From NCBI RefSeq assembly GCF_024502345.1, contig NZ_JALDNN010000001.1: 64,000 bases of DNA. One strand, given 5' to 3'. The notes under the pieces are model-generated. The model searched no databases. It worked only from the letters and a program-made list of their open reading frames with translations, and had not been told where the DNA came from. The first letter of the stretch is position 1. Every line of letters starts with the position of its first letter. A program made the position numbers and the translations under genes. This document shows, in pieces, positions 53,001 to 63,050 of the stretch. This DNA is from Escherichia coli. GTDB taxonomy: Bacteria > Pseudomonadota > Gammaproteobacteria > Enterobacterales > Enterobacteriaceae.

Positions 53001-53024
53001 ATTGATGTATCTCAAATGCATCTT
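53001..53024. promoter_or_regulatory. NsrR operator (with overlapping FNR-like half-sites) in the hmp promoter
   Basis: AAGATGCATTTGAGATACATCAAT on the hmp strand: imperfect inverted repeat matching the NsrR consensus; TTGATgtatCTCAA also resembles an FNR site; 26 bp upstream of the hmp start. Confidence 0.65.
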
Positions 53025-53170
53025 ATAAAAAATAGCCCTGCAATGTAAATGGTTCTTTGGTGTTTTTCAGAAAGAATGTGATGAAGTGAAAAATTTGCAT
53101 CACAAACCTGAAAAGAAATCCGTTTCCGGTTGCAAGCTCTTTATTCTCCAAAGCCTTGCGTAGCCTGAAG

Positions 53171-53186
53171 GTAATCGTTTGCGTAA
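53171..53186. promoter_or_regulatory. Candidate PurR box upstream of glyA
   Basis: Reverse complement TTACGCAAACGATTAC matches the PurR consensus over ACGCAAACG but diverges in the second half. Confidence 0.35.
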
Positions 53187-53302
53187 ATTCCTTTGTCAAG
53201 ACCTGTTATCGCACAATGATTCGGTTATACTGTTCGCCGTTGTCCAACAGGACCGCCTATAAAGGCCAAAAATTTTATTGTTAGCTGAGTCAGGAGATGC
53301 GG

Positions 53303-54556
53303 ATGTTAAAGCGTGAAATGAACATTGCCGATTATGATGCCGAACTGTGGCAGGCTATGGAGCAGGAAAAAGTACGTCAGGAAGAGCACATCGAACTGAT
53401 CGCCTCCGAAAACTACACCAGCCCGCGCGTAATGCAGGCGCAGGGTTCTCAGCTGACCAACAAATATGCTGAAGGTTATCCGGGCAAACGCTACTACGGC
53501 GGTTGCGAGTATGTTGATATCGTTGAACAACTGGCGATCGATCGTGCGAAAGAACTGTTCGGCGCTGACTACGCTAACGTCCAGCCGCACTCCGGCTCCC
53601 AGGCTAACTTTGCGGTCTACACCGCGCTGCTGGAACCAGGTGATACCGTTCTGGGTATGAACCTGGCGCATGGCGGTCACCTGACTCACGGTTCTCCGGT
53701 TAACTTCTCCGGTAAACTGTACAACATCGTTCCTTACGGTATCGATGCTACCGGTCATATCGACTACGCCGATCTGGAAAAACAAGCCAAAGAACACAAG
53801 CCGAAAATGATTATCGGTGGTTTCTCTGCATATTCCGGCGTGGTTGACTGGGCGAAAATGCGTGAAATCGCTGACAGCATCGGTGCTTACCTGTTCGTTG
53901 ATATGGCGCACGTTGCGGGCCTGGTTGCTGCTGGCGTCTACCCGAACCCGGTTCCTCATGCTCACGTTGTTACTACCACCACTCACAAAACCCTGGCGGG
54001 TCCGCGCGGCGGCCTGATCCTGGCGAAAGGTGGTAGCGAAGAGCTGTACAAAAAACTGAACTCTGCCGTTTTCCCTGGTGGTCAGGGCGGTCCGTTGATG
54101 CACGTAATCGCCGGTAAAGCGGTTGCTCTGAAAGAAGCGATGGAGCCTGAGTTCAAAACTTACCAGCAGCAGGTCGCGAAAAACGCTAAAGCGATGGTAG
54201 AAGTGTTCCTCGAGCGCGGCTACAAAGTGGTTTCCGGCGGCACTGATAACCACCTGTTCCTGGTTGATCTGGTTGATAAAAACCTGACCGGTAAAGAAGC
54301 AGACGCCGCTCTGGGCCGTGCTAACATCACCGTCAACAAAAACAGCGTACCGAACGATCCGAAGAGCCCGTTTGTGACCTCCGGTATTCGCGTGGGTACT
54401 CCGGCGATTACGCGTCGCGGCTTCAAAGAAGCAGAAGCGAAAGAACTGGCTGGCTGGATGTGTGACGTGCTGGACAGCATCAATGATGAAGCCGTTATCG
54501 AGCGCATCAAAGGTAAAGTTCTCGACATCTGCGCACGTTTCCCGGTTTACGCATAA
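53303..54556 (+). CDS. glyA: Serine hydroxymethyltransferase
   Basis: ATG at 53303 (CAGGAG SD 6 nt upstream) gives the 417-aa [22 protein letters not shown]... protein with PLP-lysine motif TTTTHKTL. Confidence 0.97.
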   Translation: MLKREMNIADYDAELWQAMEQEKVRQEEHIELIASENYTSPRVMQAQGSQLTNKYAEGYPGKRYYGGCEYVDIVEQLAIDRAKELFGADYANVQPHSGSQANFAVYTALLEPGDTVLGMNLAHGGHLTHGSPVNFSGKLYNIVPYGIDATGHIDYADLEKQAKEHKPKMIIGGFSAYSGVVDWAKMREIADSIGAYLFVDMAHVAGLVAAGVYPNPVPHAHVVTTTTHKTLAGPRGGLILAKGGSEELYKKLNSAVFPGGQGGPLMHVIAGKAVALKEAMEPEFKTYQQQVAKNAKAMVEVFLERGYKVVSGGTDNHLFLVDLVDKNLTGKEADAALGRANITVNKNSVPNDPKSPFVTSGIRVGTPAITRRGFKEAEAKELAGWMCDVLDSINDEAVIERIKGKVLDICARFPVYA

Positions 54557-54595
54557 GCGAAACGGTGATTTGCTGTCAATGTGCTCGTTGTTCAT

Positions 54596-54693
54596 GCCGG
54601 ATGCGGCGTGAACGCCTTATCCGGCCTACAAAACTTTGCAAATTCAATATATTGCAATATCCGTGTAGGCCTGATAAGCGTAGCGCATCAGGC
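54596..54693. repeat. BIME: two inverted REP elements (second copy)
   Basis: TGCCGGATGCGGCGTGAACGCCTTATCCGGCCTAC and inverted GTAGGCCTGATAAGCGTAGCGCATCAGGC, same arrangement and linker core as the copy at 24429..24526; followed by hairpin AAGGCTTCC-TTCG-GGAAGCCTT (54713..54736). Confidence 0.85.
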
Positions 54694-54753
54694 AATCTTA
54701 GGTATGTGATCATCAAGGCTTCCTTCGGGAAGCCTTTCTACGTTATTGCGCCA

Positions 54754-55947
54754 TCAAATCTGTCGTAACTGCGCCTCAACATACAAATAGCCAATCCCCA
54801 ACACCTGTTGTGCGCGGCTTAATTGCCCAAAGCCAATTTGCGTTGCTTTCACGCTCGGCCCTTCGTCGCGGTCGAACGGGTTAAATCCCGTCTGGCGAAT
54901 AATGGTATTAAGCCAGTGCTCACCAAAGGCACAACTGCGACCGTACAACCAAATCTGATTAATATTGAGGATGTTGAGGAAGTTATACAGACTCAAACCA
55001 ATGGCATTGGCACTGCGATCAACCCAGCTGGTGATCCACGGTTCTCCACTCTGCCAGGCAGCGATTAACTGCGCGGTTGTCAGTTTTTCAGGATCAAGCT
55101 GAGTATTAACCGGTTGTGATTTTAGCCATACCCGCGCCTGTTTTTTTAATGCACTTAACGAGGCGACGGTTTCCAGGCAGCCGTAACGTCCACAGTCGCA
55201 GACGACGCCATCCGGATTAACGATGGTGTGACCAATCTGTCCGCTACCATACAAACTGCCGCGATAAATTTGCTCGTTAATCACGAACGACGAGCCAATG
55301 CCGTAATCAACGTTGATCACGCAGAAATCCCGTTCCTGCGAATTATTTTGCCATTTCTCCGCCAGCGCCAGCATCACGCAGTCATTATCGACCATCACCC
55401 GAATGCCCAGCTTCTCTTCCAGCAGATACTTCACCTCAACCGGCGTTGTCCACGGCGCTTGCGGCATGGTTTGCGACACGCCGGTCACCGGATCAACCTG
55501 ACCGTGGATTGCCAGCGCCAGATTGATGGTGCGGTCCGGCCACAATTTACGGTGGCGATGCCAGCATTTTTCGATTTCGGACAGCAGCGCCTGCGGCGTC
55601 GGTGCATCAATCTGTAAATACTCAAATTCACCTTTCGGACTTAAACAAGCATTAGCAACCTGACACTCAATACTGGTGGGCGTCACGTTCAGGCACAGCG
55701 TCCAGTCACCTTCCGGCGCAATCAGCCATGTACCGCTACTATGCCCGCGCGTCTGGCTTTCATCGTCGATATTCACCACCCGTTTTTCGCTTTCCAGTTC
55801 CTGCAAAATATTACTGACTGCCGGAATCGAAATTTGCGCCAGCCGGGCCAGCGTTGATTTATTGGCGCGCTTTTGCCGGTACAGCAGTTCCAGAATCACG
55901 CATTTGTTATGGTGGCGAATCTGTTGATTGTTAATGCAGGCTCTCAT
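54754..55947 (-). CDS. yphH: ROK-family (NagC/XylR-like) transcriptional regulator / sugar kinase homologue
   Basis: 397-aa protein MRACINNQQIRHHNKCVILELLYRQKRANKSTLARLAQISIPAVSNILQEL... with N-terminal HTH and ROK zinc motif CDCGRYGCLE; the GTG at 55953 is an alternative start. Confidence 0.8.
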   Translation of the reverse strand: MRACINNQQIRHHNKCVILELLYRQKRANKSTLARLAQISIPAVSNILQELESEKRVVNIDDESQTRGHSSGTWLIAPEGDWTLCLNVTPTSIECQVANACLSPKGEFEYLQIDAPTPQALLSEIEKCWHRHRKLWPDRTINLALAIHGQVDPVTGVSQTMPQAPWTTPVEVKYLLEEKLGIRVMVDNDCVMLALAEKWQNNSQERDFCVINVDYGIGSSFVINEQIYRGSLYGSGQIGHTIVNPDGVVCDCGRYGCLETVASLSALKKQARVWLKSQPVNTQLDPEKLTTAQLIAAWQSGEPWITSWVDRSANAIGLSLYNFLNILNINQIWLYGRSCAFGEHWLNTIIRQTGFNPFDRDEGPSVKATQIGFGQLSRAQQVLGIGYLYVEAQLRQI

Positions 55948-56064
55948 CTTCACTAAACCTTGTTTAGTTAATTGCGTGATTATTCCGCGAAAACATTGCC
56001 AGATTGTTCAATACACTGCCACAAATCTTTTAATTCAGTATGTCTTGTTAATATTGAGGGCACC

Positions 56065-59000
56065 ATGACTCCAGTAAAAGTGTGGCAAGAGCGCGTTGAG
56101 ATCCCGACCTATGAAACCGGGCCGCAGGATATACATCCCATGTTCCTGGAAAATCGCGTTTATCAGGGATCGTCCGGCGCGGTTTATCCCTACGGCGTGA
56201 CCGATACGCTGAGCGAGCAGAAAACCCCGAAATCCTGGCAGGCGGTGTGGCTGGAAAACGACTACATCAAAGTGATGATCCTGCCGGAACTGGGCGGTCG
56301 GGTGCATCGCGCATGGGATAAAGTGAAACAACGCGATTTTGTCTATCACAATGAAGTCATTAAACCTGCGCTGGTGGGGCTGCTGGGACCGTGGATCTCT
56401 GGCGGGATTGAGTTTAACTGGCCGCAACACCATCGCCCGACCACCTTTATGCCCGTTGATTTCACCCTCGAAGCCCATGAAGACGGCGCACAGACGGTGT
56501 GGGTCGGCGAAACGGAGCCGATGCACGGTTTACAGGTGATGACAGGTTTCACCCTGCGCCCTGACCGGGCGGCGCTGGAAATCGCCAGCCGCGTCTATAA
56601 CGGCAACGCCACGCCGCGTCATTTCTTGTGGTGGGCCAACCCGGCAGTGAAAGGGGGGGAAGGGCATCAGAGCGTTTTCCCGCCGGATGTGACTGCGGTG
56701 TTTGATCACGGCAAACGGGCCGTCTCCGCTTTCCCCATCGCCACCGGCACTTACTACAAAGTGGACTACTCCGCTGGAGTGGACATTTCTCGCTATAAAA
56801 ATGTGCCCGTTCCAACCTCATATATGGCCGAAAAATCGCAGTACGATTTTGTTGGCGCGTGGTGTCACGATGAAGATGGCGGTTTGCTACACGTTGCCAA
56901 CCACCATATTGCGCCAGGTAAAAAGCAGTGGAGCTGGGGACACAGTGAATTTGGCCAGGCGTGGGATAAGAGCCTAACTGATAATAACGGCCCGTATATC
57001 GAACTGATGACCGGTATTTTTGCCGATAACCAGCCCGATTTTACCTGGCTTGATGCTTACGAAGAGAAGCGTTTTGAGCAGTATTTCCTGCCTTATCATT
57101 CTTTGGGCATGGTGCAAAATGCCTCCCGCGATGCGGTGATAAAACTCCAGCGTAGTGAGCGGGGGATTGAGTGGGGGCTGTATGCCATCTCTCCGTTGAA
57201 CGGATACCGCCTGGCGATCCGCGAAATCGGCAAATGCAACGCGTTACTTGATGATGCCGTGGCACTGATGCCTGCGACCGCCATCCAGGGCGTGTTGCAC
57301 GGTATCAATCCTGAAAGGCTGACCATTGAGCTCTCCGATGCCGACGGCAATATTGTACTGAGTTATCAGGAACATCAGCCGCAAGAGTTGCCGTTGCCGG
57401 ACGTCGCCAAAGCGCCACTGGCAGCACAAGACATTACCAGTACAGATGAAGCCTGGTTTATCGGTCAGCATCTGGAGCAATATCATCACGCCAGCCGTTC
57501 ACCGTTCGATTACTACCTGCGCGGCGTGGCGCTGGATCCGCTGGATTACCGCTGTAACCTGGCGCTGGCGATGCTGGAATATAACCGCGCAGATTTCCCG
57601 CAAGCGGTGGCGTATGCCACTCAGGCTCTGAAACGCGCACATGGGCTGAACAAAAATCCGCAGTGCGGACAGGCGAGTTTGATTCGCGCCAGTGCTTACG
57701 AACGTCAGGGACAATATCAACAAGCCGAAGAGGATTTCTGGCGTGCGGTCTGGAGCGGCAACAGTAAAGCCGGAGGCTATTATGGTCTGGCACGACTGGC
57801 GGCGCGTAATGGTAACTTCGACGCGGGTCTGGATTTTTGCCAACAAAGTCTTCGCGCCAGCCCAACCAATCAGGAAGTGCTTTGCCTGCATAATCTGCTG
57901 CTGGTGTTAAGTGGTCGTCAGGACAACGCGCGTTTGCAGCGCGAGAAACTGCTGCGCGATTATCCGCTGAACGCCACTCTGTGGTGGCTGAACTGGTTCG
58001 ATGGTCGTAGCGAATCAGCTCTCGCGCAGTGGCGCGGTCTGTGTCAGGGACGCGACGTTAACGCCCTGATGACCGCCGGGCAACTGATTAACTGGGGAAT
58101 GCCCACCCTGGCGGCAGAGATGCTGAACGCACTGGACTGCCAGCGCACGCTGCCGCTTTACCTGCAAGCCAGCTTGCTGCCGAAAGCCGAACGTGGCGAA
58201 CTGGTCGCAAAAGCCATTGATGTCTTTCCGCAGTTTGTCCGTTTCCCGAATACGCTGGAAGAAGTGGCGGCGCTGGAGAGTATTGAAGAGTGCTGGTTTG
58301 CTCGCCATTTACTGGCCTGCTTCTACTACAACAAACGTAGCTACAACAAAGCCATTGCCTTATGGCAACGTTGCGTAGAGATGTCGCCGGAGTTTGCCGA
58401 CGGCTGGCGCGGGTTAGCGATCCATGCGTGGAATAAGCAACACGATTATGAGCTGGCCGCGCGTTATCTTGATAATGCTTATCAGCTTGCGCCGCAGGAT
58501 GCACGTCTGCTTTTCGAACGGGATTTGCTTGATAAGTTAAGTGGAGCCACACCGGAGAAACGACTGGCGCGTCTGGAAAATAATCTGGAAATTGCGCTGA
58601 AACGCGACGACATGACCGCAGAACTGCTCAATTTATGGCATCTCACGGGGCAGGCAGACAAAGCGGCGGACATTCTCGCCACGCGCAAATTCCACCCGTG
58701 GGAAGGCGGGGAAGGGAAGGTCACCAGTCAGTTTATCCTCAACCAGTTATTACGCGCCTGGCAGCATCTTGATGCCAGACAGCCGCAGCAGGCCAGCGAA
58801 CTGCTTCATGCCGCGCTGCATTATCCGGAGAATTTAAGCGAAGGCCGTTTACCGGGGCAAACTGATAACGACATCTGGTTCTGGCAGGCGATATGCGCCA
58901 ACGCGCAGGGCGATGAAACTGAAGCGACGCGTTGTTTACGTCTGGCGGTGACCGGCGATCGCACCATTAACATCCACAGTTATTACAACGATCAGCCGGT

Positions 59001-59346
59001 TGATTATCTCTTCTGGCAAGGAATGGCGCTGCGACTGCTGGGCGAACAACACACCGCACAGCAACTGTTTAGTGAAATGAAACAGTGGGCGCAAGAGATG
59101 GCGAAAACCAGTATTGAGGCGGATTTCTTTGCTGTTTCACAACCTGATCTGTTGTCGCTGTATGGCGATTTACAACAGCAGCATAAAGAAAAATGCCTGA
59201 TGGTGGCGATGCTGGCGTCCGCGGGACTCGGGGAGGTTGCGCAATATGAGTCTGCTCGCGCTGAATTGACGGCGATTAATCCGGCCTGGCCGAAAGCGGC
59301 ATTATTCACCACCGTGATGCCTTTTATTTTTAACCGCGTTCACTAA
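56065..59346 (+). CDS. yphG: Large uncharacterised protein with C-terminal TPR-like repeats
   Basis: ATG at 56065 gives the 1093-aa MTPVKVWQERVEIPTYETGPQD... protein; function unknown. Confidence 0.8.
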   Translation: MTPVKVWQERVEIPTYETGPQDIHPMFLENRVYQGSSGAVYPYGVTDTLSEQKTPKSWQAVWLENDYIKVMILPELGGRVHRAWDKVKQRDFVYHNEVIKPALVGLLGPWISGGIEFNWPQHHRPTTFMPVDFTLEAHEDGAQTVWVGETEPMHGLQVMTGFTLRPDRAALEIASRVYNGNATPRHFLWWANPAVKGGEGHQSVFPPDVTAVFDHGKRAVSAFPIATGTYYKVDYSAGVDISRYKNVPVPTSYMAEKSQYDFVGAWCHDEDGGLLHVANHHIAPGKKQWSWGHSEFGQAWDKSLTDNNGPYIELMTGIFADNQPDFTWLDAYEEKRFEQYFLPYHSLGMVQNASRDAVIKLQRSERGIEWGLYAISPLNGYRLAIREIGKCNALLDDAVALMPATAIQGVLHGINPERLTIELSDADGNIVLSYQEHQPQELPLPDVAKAPLAAQDITSTDEAWFIGQHLEQYHHASRSPFDYYLRGVALDPLDYRCNLALAMLEYNRADFPQAVAYATQALKRAHGLNKNPQCGQASLIRASAYERQGQYQQAEEDFWRAVWSGNSKAGGYYGLARLAARNGNFDAGLDFCQQSLRASPTNQEVLCLHNLLLVLSGRQDNARLQREKLLRDYPLNATLWWLNWFDGRSESALAQWRGLCQGRDVNALMTAGQLINWGMPTLAAEMLNALDCQRTLPLYLQASLLPKAERGELVAKAIDVFPQFVRFPNTLEEVAALESIEECWFARHLLACFYYNKRSYNKAIALWQRCVEMSPEFADGWRGLAIHAWNKQHDYELAARYLDNAYQLAPQDARLLFERDLLDKLSGATPEKRLARLENNLEIALKRDDMTAELLNLWHLTGQADKAADILATRKFHPWEGGEGKVTSQFILNQLLRAWQHLDARQPQQASELLHAALHYPENLSEGRLPGQTDNDIWFWQAICANAQGDETEATRCLRLAVTGDRTINIHSYYNDQPVDYLFWQGMALRLLGEQHTAQQLFSEMKQWAQEMAKTSIEADFFAVSQPDLLSLYGDLQQQHKEKCLMVAMLASAGLGEVAQYESARAELTAINPAWPKAALFTTVMPFIFNRVH

Positions 59347-59722
59347 ATCTTATTAACTGTAATATTTGAGCGGCACGCGCTGCCGCTCATCACAAAATAA
59401 TTAGAATAAGCCGTTGTAAATAAAAACCCTACAGGAGGCACTATGCCTAAAAAAATGAGAACAACCCGTAATTTATTATTAATGGCTACGCTATTGGGTA
59501 GCGCACTATTTGCCAACGCTGCGGATAAAGAAATGACCATTGGCGCAATATACCTTGATACCCAGGGATATTACGCTGGAGTGCGTCAGGGCGTTCAGGA
59601 TGCGGCAAAAGATTCTTCAGTACAGGTACAGTTAATTGAAACTAACGCCCAGGGTGATATTTCGAAAGAAAGTACCTTTGTTGATACCCTCGTGGCGCGT
59701 AATGTCGATGCCATTATTTTAT

Positions 59723-59731
59723 CGGCAGTGT
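59723..59731. repeat. 9-bp target-site duplication (left copy) of the IS insertion
   Basis: CGGCAGTGT immediately left of the IS left inverted repeat; identical copy at 60789..60797. Confidence 0.9.
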
Positions 59732-60788
59732 GGCTTTGTTGAATAAATCGAACTTTTGCTGAGTTGAAGGATCAGATCACGTATCTTCCCGACAACGCAG
59801 ACCGTTCCGTGGCAAAGCAAAAGTTCAAAATCACCAACTGGCCCACCTACAATAAAGCCCTCATCAACCGTGGCTCCATAACTTTCTGGCTGGATGATGA
59901 AGCTATTCAGGCCTGGTATGAGTCAGCAACACCTTCTTCACGAGGCAGACCTCAGCGCTATTCTGACCTTGCCATCACGACTGTGCTGGTCATTAAACGC
60001 GTATTCAGGCTGACCCTGCGCGCTGCGCAGGGCTTTATTGATTCCATTTTTTCTCTGATGAACGTTCCGCTACGCTGCCCGGATTACAGCTGTGTCAGCA
60101 GGCGGGCAAAGTCGGTTAATGTCAGTTTCAAAACGCCCACCCGGGGTGAAATCGCACACCTGGTAATTGATTCCACCGGGCTGAAGGTCTTCGGTGAAGG
60201 CGAGTGGAAAGTCAAAAAGCATGGCCAGGAACGCCGCCGTATCTGGCGTAAGCTGCATCTCGCCGTTGACAGTAAAACACATGAAATCATCTGCGCTGAC
60301 CTGTCGCTGAACAACGTTACGGACTCAGAGGCCTTCCCCGGGTTAATCCGGCAAACCCACCGGAAAATCAGGTCAGCCGCCGCCGATGGCGCTTACGATA
60401 CCCGGCTATGTCACGATGAACTGCGGCGTAAGAAAATCAGCGCGCTTATCCCTCCCCGAAAAGGTGCGGGTTACTGGCCCGGTGAATATGCAGACCGTAA
60501 CCGTGCAGTGGCTAATCAGCGAATGACCGGGAGTAATGCGCGGTGGAAATGGACAACAGATTACAACCGTCGCTCGATAGCGGAAACGGCGATGTACCGG
60601 GTAAAACAGCTGTTCGGGGGTTCACTGACACTGCGTGACTACGATGGTCAGGTTGCAGAGGCTATGGCCCTGGTACGAGCGCTGAACAAAATGACGAAAG
60701 CAGGTATGCCTGAAAGCGTGCGTATTGCCTGAAAACACAACCCGCTACGGGGGAGACTTACCCGAAATCTGATTTATTCAACAAAGCC
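59732..60788 (+). mobile_element. IS903-family insertion sequence (IS5 family, IS903 group), 1057 bp, complete
   Basis: 18-bp perfect terminal inverted repeats GGCTTTGTTGAATAAATC (59732..59749 and, inverted, 60771..60788); 1057 bp; 9-bp flanking direct repeats; single 307-aa DDE transposase ORF. Matches the canonical IS903 description (1057 bp, 18-bp IRs, 9-bp duplication). Confidence 0.92.
59809..60732 (+). CDS. IS903-family DDE transposase
   Basis: GTG at 59809 gives 307 aa (M)AKQKFKITNWPTYNKALINRGSITFWLDDEAIQAWYESATPSSRGRPQRYSDLAITTVL... with acidic residues in LVIDSTG, AADGAYD and RSIAETAMYRVKQ; the track ORF from 59764 is an N-terminal over-extension. Confidence 0.9.
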   Translation: MAKQKFKITNWPTYNKALINRGSITFWLDDEAIQAWYESATPSSRGRPQRYSDLAITTVLVIKRVFRLTLRAAQGFIDSIFSLMNVPLRCPDYSCVSRRAKSVNVSFKTPTRGEIAHLVIDSTGLKVFGEGEWKVKKHGQERRRIWRKLHLAVDSKTHEIICADLSLNNVTDSEAFPGLIRQTHRKIRSAAADGAYDTRLCHDELRRKKISALIPPRKGAGYWPGEYADRNRAVANQRMTGSNARWKWTTDYNRRSIAETAMYRVKQLFGGSLTLRDYDGQVAEAMALVRALNKMTKAGMPESVRIA

Positions 60789-60797
60789 CGGCAGTGT
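60789..60797. repeat. 9-bp target-site duplication (right copy) of the IS insertion
   Basis: CGGCAGTGT immediately right of the IS right inverted repeat. Confidence 0.9.
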
Positions 60798-61514
60798 CTG
60801 AAAATGGCAGTAGCCGTACCGTTCGTCGCGCCAGTGAAGCGGGTATTCCGGTGATTTGCTACAACACCTGTATTAATCAAAAGGGGGTCGATAAATATGT
60901 CTCGGCGTATCTGGTCGGCGATCCGCTGGAATTTGGTAAAAAACTGGGTAACGCTGCCGCCGATTATTTTATTGCCAATAAAATTGACCAGCCGAAAATT
61001 GCCGTCATCAATTGCGAAGCCTTTGAAGTTTGTGTGCAGCGACGTAAAGGATTTGAAGAAGTATTAAAATCCCGCGTTCCCGGCGCGCAAATTGTCGCTA
61101 ATCAGGAAGGGACTGTTTTAGATAAAGCGATTTCCGTTGGTGAAAAACTGATTATCTCCACGCCGGATCTCAACGCCATTATGGGGGAGTCGGGCGGTGC
61201 GACACTCGGCGCGGTAAAAGCGGTACGTAATCAAAATCAGGCCGGAAAAATTGCTGTTTTCGGTTCGGATATGACAACCGAAATTGCTCAGGAGCTGGAA
61301 AACAATCAGGTGCTGAAAGCGGTAGTGGATATTTCCGGTAAGAAAATGGGCAATGCTGTTTTCGCGCAAACATTGAAGGTTATCAATAAACAAGCCGACG
61401 GTGAAAAAGTGATTCAGGTGCCAATCGATCTCTATACCAAAACGGAAGATGGTAAACAGTGGCTGGCAACGCACGTTGATGGTCTGCCCTAATCGCTGAT
61501 TCGCAGAGGTCCCT

Positions 61515-63026
61515 ATGTTCACGGCAACAGAGGCAGTCCCGGTAGCAAAAGTGGTGGCAGGAAATAAGCGTTACCCCGGCGTCGTTGCGCTGGATAACGT
61601 TAACTTCACGCTCAATAAAGGCGAAGTTCGTGCGCTGTTAGGTAAAAACGGCGCGGGCAAATCGACTCTCATTCGAATGCTTACCGGCAGCGAACGCCCG
61701 GATAGCGGTGATATCTGGATTGGCGAGACGCGACTGGAAGGTGACGAAGCTACGTTGACTCGCCGTGCCGCTGAACTGGGGGTTCGTGCGGTTTATCAGG
61801 AGTTAAGTCTGGTGGAGGGACTGACGGTGGCGGAAAACCTCTGCCTCGGTCAGTGGCCCCGCCGCAACGGCATGATTGATTACCTGCAAATGGCGCAGGA
61901 TGCCCAACGTTGCTTACAGGCGCTGGGCGTTGACGTTAGCCCTGAACAACTTGTTTCAACGCTAAGCCCGGCGCAAAAGCAACTGGTGGAAATTGCGCGG
62001 GTGATGAAGGGCGAGCCGCGCGTGGTCATTCTTGATGAACCTACCAGTTCGCTTGCCAGTGCGGAAGTTGAACTGGTGATCAGCGCGGTGAAAAAGATGT
62101 CGGCACTGGGCGTGGCGGTAATTTATGTCAGCCACCGGATGGAAGAAATTCGCCGCATTGCCTCCTGTGCCACTGTTATGCGCGATGGTCAGGTGGCGGG
62201 CGATGTGATGCTCGAAAACACCTCCACGCATCATATTGTGTCGCTAATGCTAGGGCGTGATCACGTTGATATTGCGCCGGTAGCCCCTCAGGAAATTGTG
62301 GATCAGGCCGTGCTGGAAGTCCGTGCATTACGCCATAAGCCCAAGCTGGAGGATATCAGCTTTACGTTACGTCGCGGCGAAGTGCTTGGCATTGCTGGCC
62401 TGCTGGGGGCAGGGCGCAGTGAATTGCTGAAGGCGATTGTTGGGCTGGAGACGTATGAACAGGGCGAAATTGTTATCAACGGCGAGAAAATCACGCGCCC
62501 CGATTACGGCGACATGCTGAAACGCGGCATTGGCTATACGCCAGAAAACCGCAAAGAAGTGGGGATCATTCCCTGGTTGGGCGTTGACGAAAATACAGTG
62601 CTGACCAATCGGCAAAAAATCAGCGCCAACGGAGTGCTGCAATGGTCCACCATCCGCCGCCTGACCGAAGAGGTGATGCAGCGGATGACGGTCAAGGCCG
62701 CCAGTAGCGAAACGCCCATCGGCACGCTTTCTGGTGGCAATCAGCAAAAAGTGGTGATCGGTCGTTGGGTCTATGCCGCCAGCCAGATTTTGTTGCTCGA
62801 CGAGCCAACGCGCGGCGTCGATATCGAAGCCAAACAGCAGATTTACCGTATTGTCCGTGAGCTGGCTGCCGAAGGAAAAAGCGTGGTGTTTATCTCCAGT
62901 GAAGTGGAGGAGTTGCCGCTGGTGTGCGACCGCATCCTGTTGTTACAGCACGGTACGTTCTCGCAGGAGTTTCACTCGCCGGTCAATGTGGATGAGCTGA
63001 TGTCCGCCATTCTGTCTGTGCACTGA
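61515..63026 (+). CDS. yphE: ABC transporter ATP-binding protein (two fused ATPase domains, sugar-importer type)
   Basis: 503-aa ORF with two Walker A motifs (GKNGAGKST, GLLGAGRSEL) and signature LSGGNQQK. Confidence 0.88.
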   Translation: MFTATEAVPVAKVVAGNKRYPGVVALDNVNFTLNKGEVRALLGKNGAGKSTLIRMLTGSERPDSGDIWIGETRLEGDEATLTRRAAELGVRAVYQELSLVEGLTVAENLCLGQWPRRNGMIDYLQMAQDAQRCLQALGVDVSPEQLVSTLSPAQKQLVEIARVMKGEPRVVILDEPTSSLASAEVELVISAVKKMSALGVAVIYVSHRMEEIRRIASCATVMRDGQVAGDVMLENTSTHHIVSLMLGRDHVDIAPVAPQEIVDQAVLEVRALRHKPKLEDISFTLRRGEVLGIAGLLGAGRSELLKAIVGLETYEQGEIVINGEKITRPDYGDMLKRGIGYTPENRKEVGIIPWLGVDENTVLTNRQKISANGVLQWSTIRRLTEEVMQRMTVKAASSETPIGTLSGGNQQKVVIGRWVYAASQILLLDEPTRGVDIEAKQQIYRIVRELAAEGKSVVFISSEVEELPLVCDRILLLQHGTFSQEFHSPVNVDELMSAILSVH

Positions 63027-63050
63027 TGAATTTTACCGAGGAACCTGAAG

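Larger units (their letters stand above)
59443..61492 (+). pseudogene. yphF: ABC-transporter periplasmic sugar-binding protein gene yphF, interrupted by an IS903-family insertion
   Basis: N-terminal ORF 59443..59742 (signal peptide MPKKMRTTRNLLLMATLLGSALFANA...) and C-terminal ORF 60794..61492 are in the same frame once the 1057-bp IS and one 9-bp duplication are removed (289 + 695 nt = 327 codons + stop). Confidence 0.85.

Noticed and set aside
53306-54595. 429-aa minus-strand ORF fully antisense to glyA, longer than glyA itself
   Set aside because: It has no recognisable motifs, lies entirely within a highly expressed, conserved gene on the opposite strand, and is the kind of stop-free antisense frame that codon bias produces; glyA on the plus strand is unambiguous.
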